Positions 63,553 through 64,000 of a stretch of DNA of 64,000 bases are shown piece after piece. The notes beneath the pieces are model-generated. The model ran no database searches. It was not told the DNA's origin and was given only the letters and a program-made list of their open reading frames with translations. A program made the position numbers and the translations under genes. Numbering within the stretch: position 1 is the stretch's first letter; each line of letters opens with the position of its first letter. The stretch spans positions 248,001 to 312,000 of the forward strand of contig RSEE01000029.1 in the NCBI GenBank assembly GCA_003971905.1, written 5' to 3'. The stretch comes from Moniliella sp. 'wahieum'. Its lineage: Eukaryota.

Positions 63553-64000
63553 AACAAAATTCCATAGTTGAACCCCCCCCCCCCCCAATACCAAAACTCA
63601 CTTGTTTGGTCAACGTGACCCGGACCTTTTCCTCTCGCTTTGGCATCCGTTCTCTTGTTCTCCACGAAAATGGACTCGGGGACTTTTTGCTGCTCTCTCT
63701 TTCTCCCATCTCGTTCTGATTCGAAGAGGGAGTTGTGGGCACAGAGCACACACACTTGCTGTGTTTCCAAAACATGCTCACTTTTCTCACTGGGCCCGTT
63801 CGCCCTTGTTGGGTTTGTTTTTACCGCGCATATCTTCTTCCCTCCACACTTCCGTTTCCATGCAGCGACCCAGCACAGCCTGACGGCGAGAGGAACCGTC
63901 TCGAGATGATGGGCGAGAGGAGAAGCTCTATGGATTCTGGGTTCTTTTTCTTCCATCATATCATAACAAGAACAAGGTTCTCACCGTTCTCCGTTTCAGC

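Overview
Eukaryotic genomic DNA, most likely a basidiomycete fungus (inferred from short GT-AG introns with CTAAC/CTGAC branch sites and fungal-type proteins). About 16 protein genes are supported: G1 cyclin, GTP cyclohydrolase II, MMT-like CDF transporter, Nim1/Hsl1-family kinase, Zn2Cys6-PAS factor, complex I 49-kDa subunit, SNAPC3-like, two PQ-loop proteins, C2H2 factor, cytochrome b5-type heme/steroid-binding protein, MnSOD, CENP-W-like, RidA, a Ser/Thr-rich protein and two hypothetical membrane proteins. There is also an intron-containing tRNA-Arg(ACG). Many genes carry 1-bp frameshifts that look like long-read assembly errors, so CDS limits are approximate. Mobile DNA comprises at least six 5'-truncated copies of a CRE-like RLE non-LTR retrotransposon and five solo LTRs from two families, three with perfect 5-bp TSDs and one nested. 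The most unusual feature is that upstream intergenic DNA is saturated with 7-bp-period units of the form TNA + 4-bp palindrome (TCAAGCT, TCACTAG, TGATGCA, TAAGGCC, TCACGCG, TGACCGG, TCACATG, TCAGATC and others) using nearly every possible palindrome. One retroelement copy shows such palindromes arising by de novo insertion, which points to a recurrent hairpin-type break/repair process acting at promoters. No enzyme for it is visible in this window.
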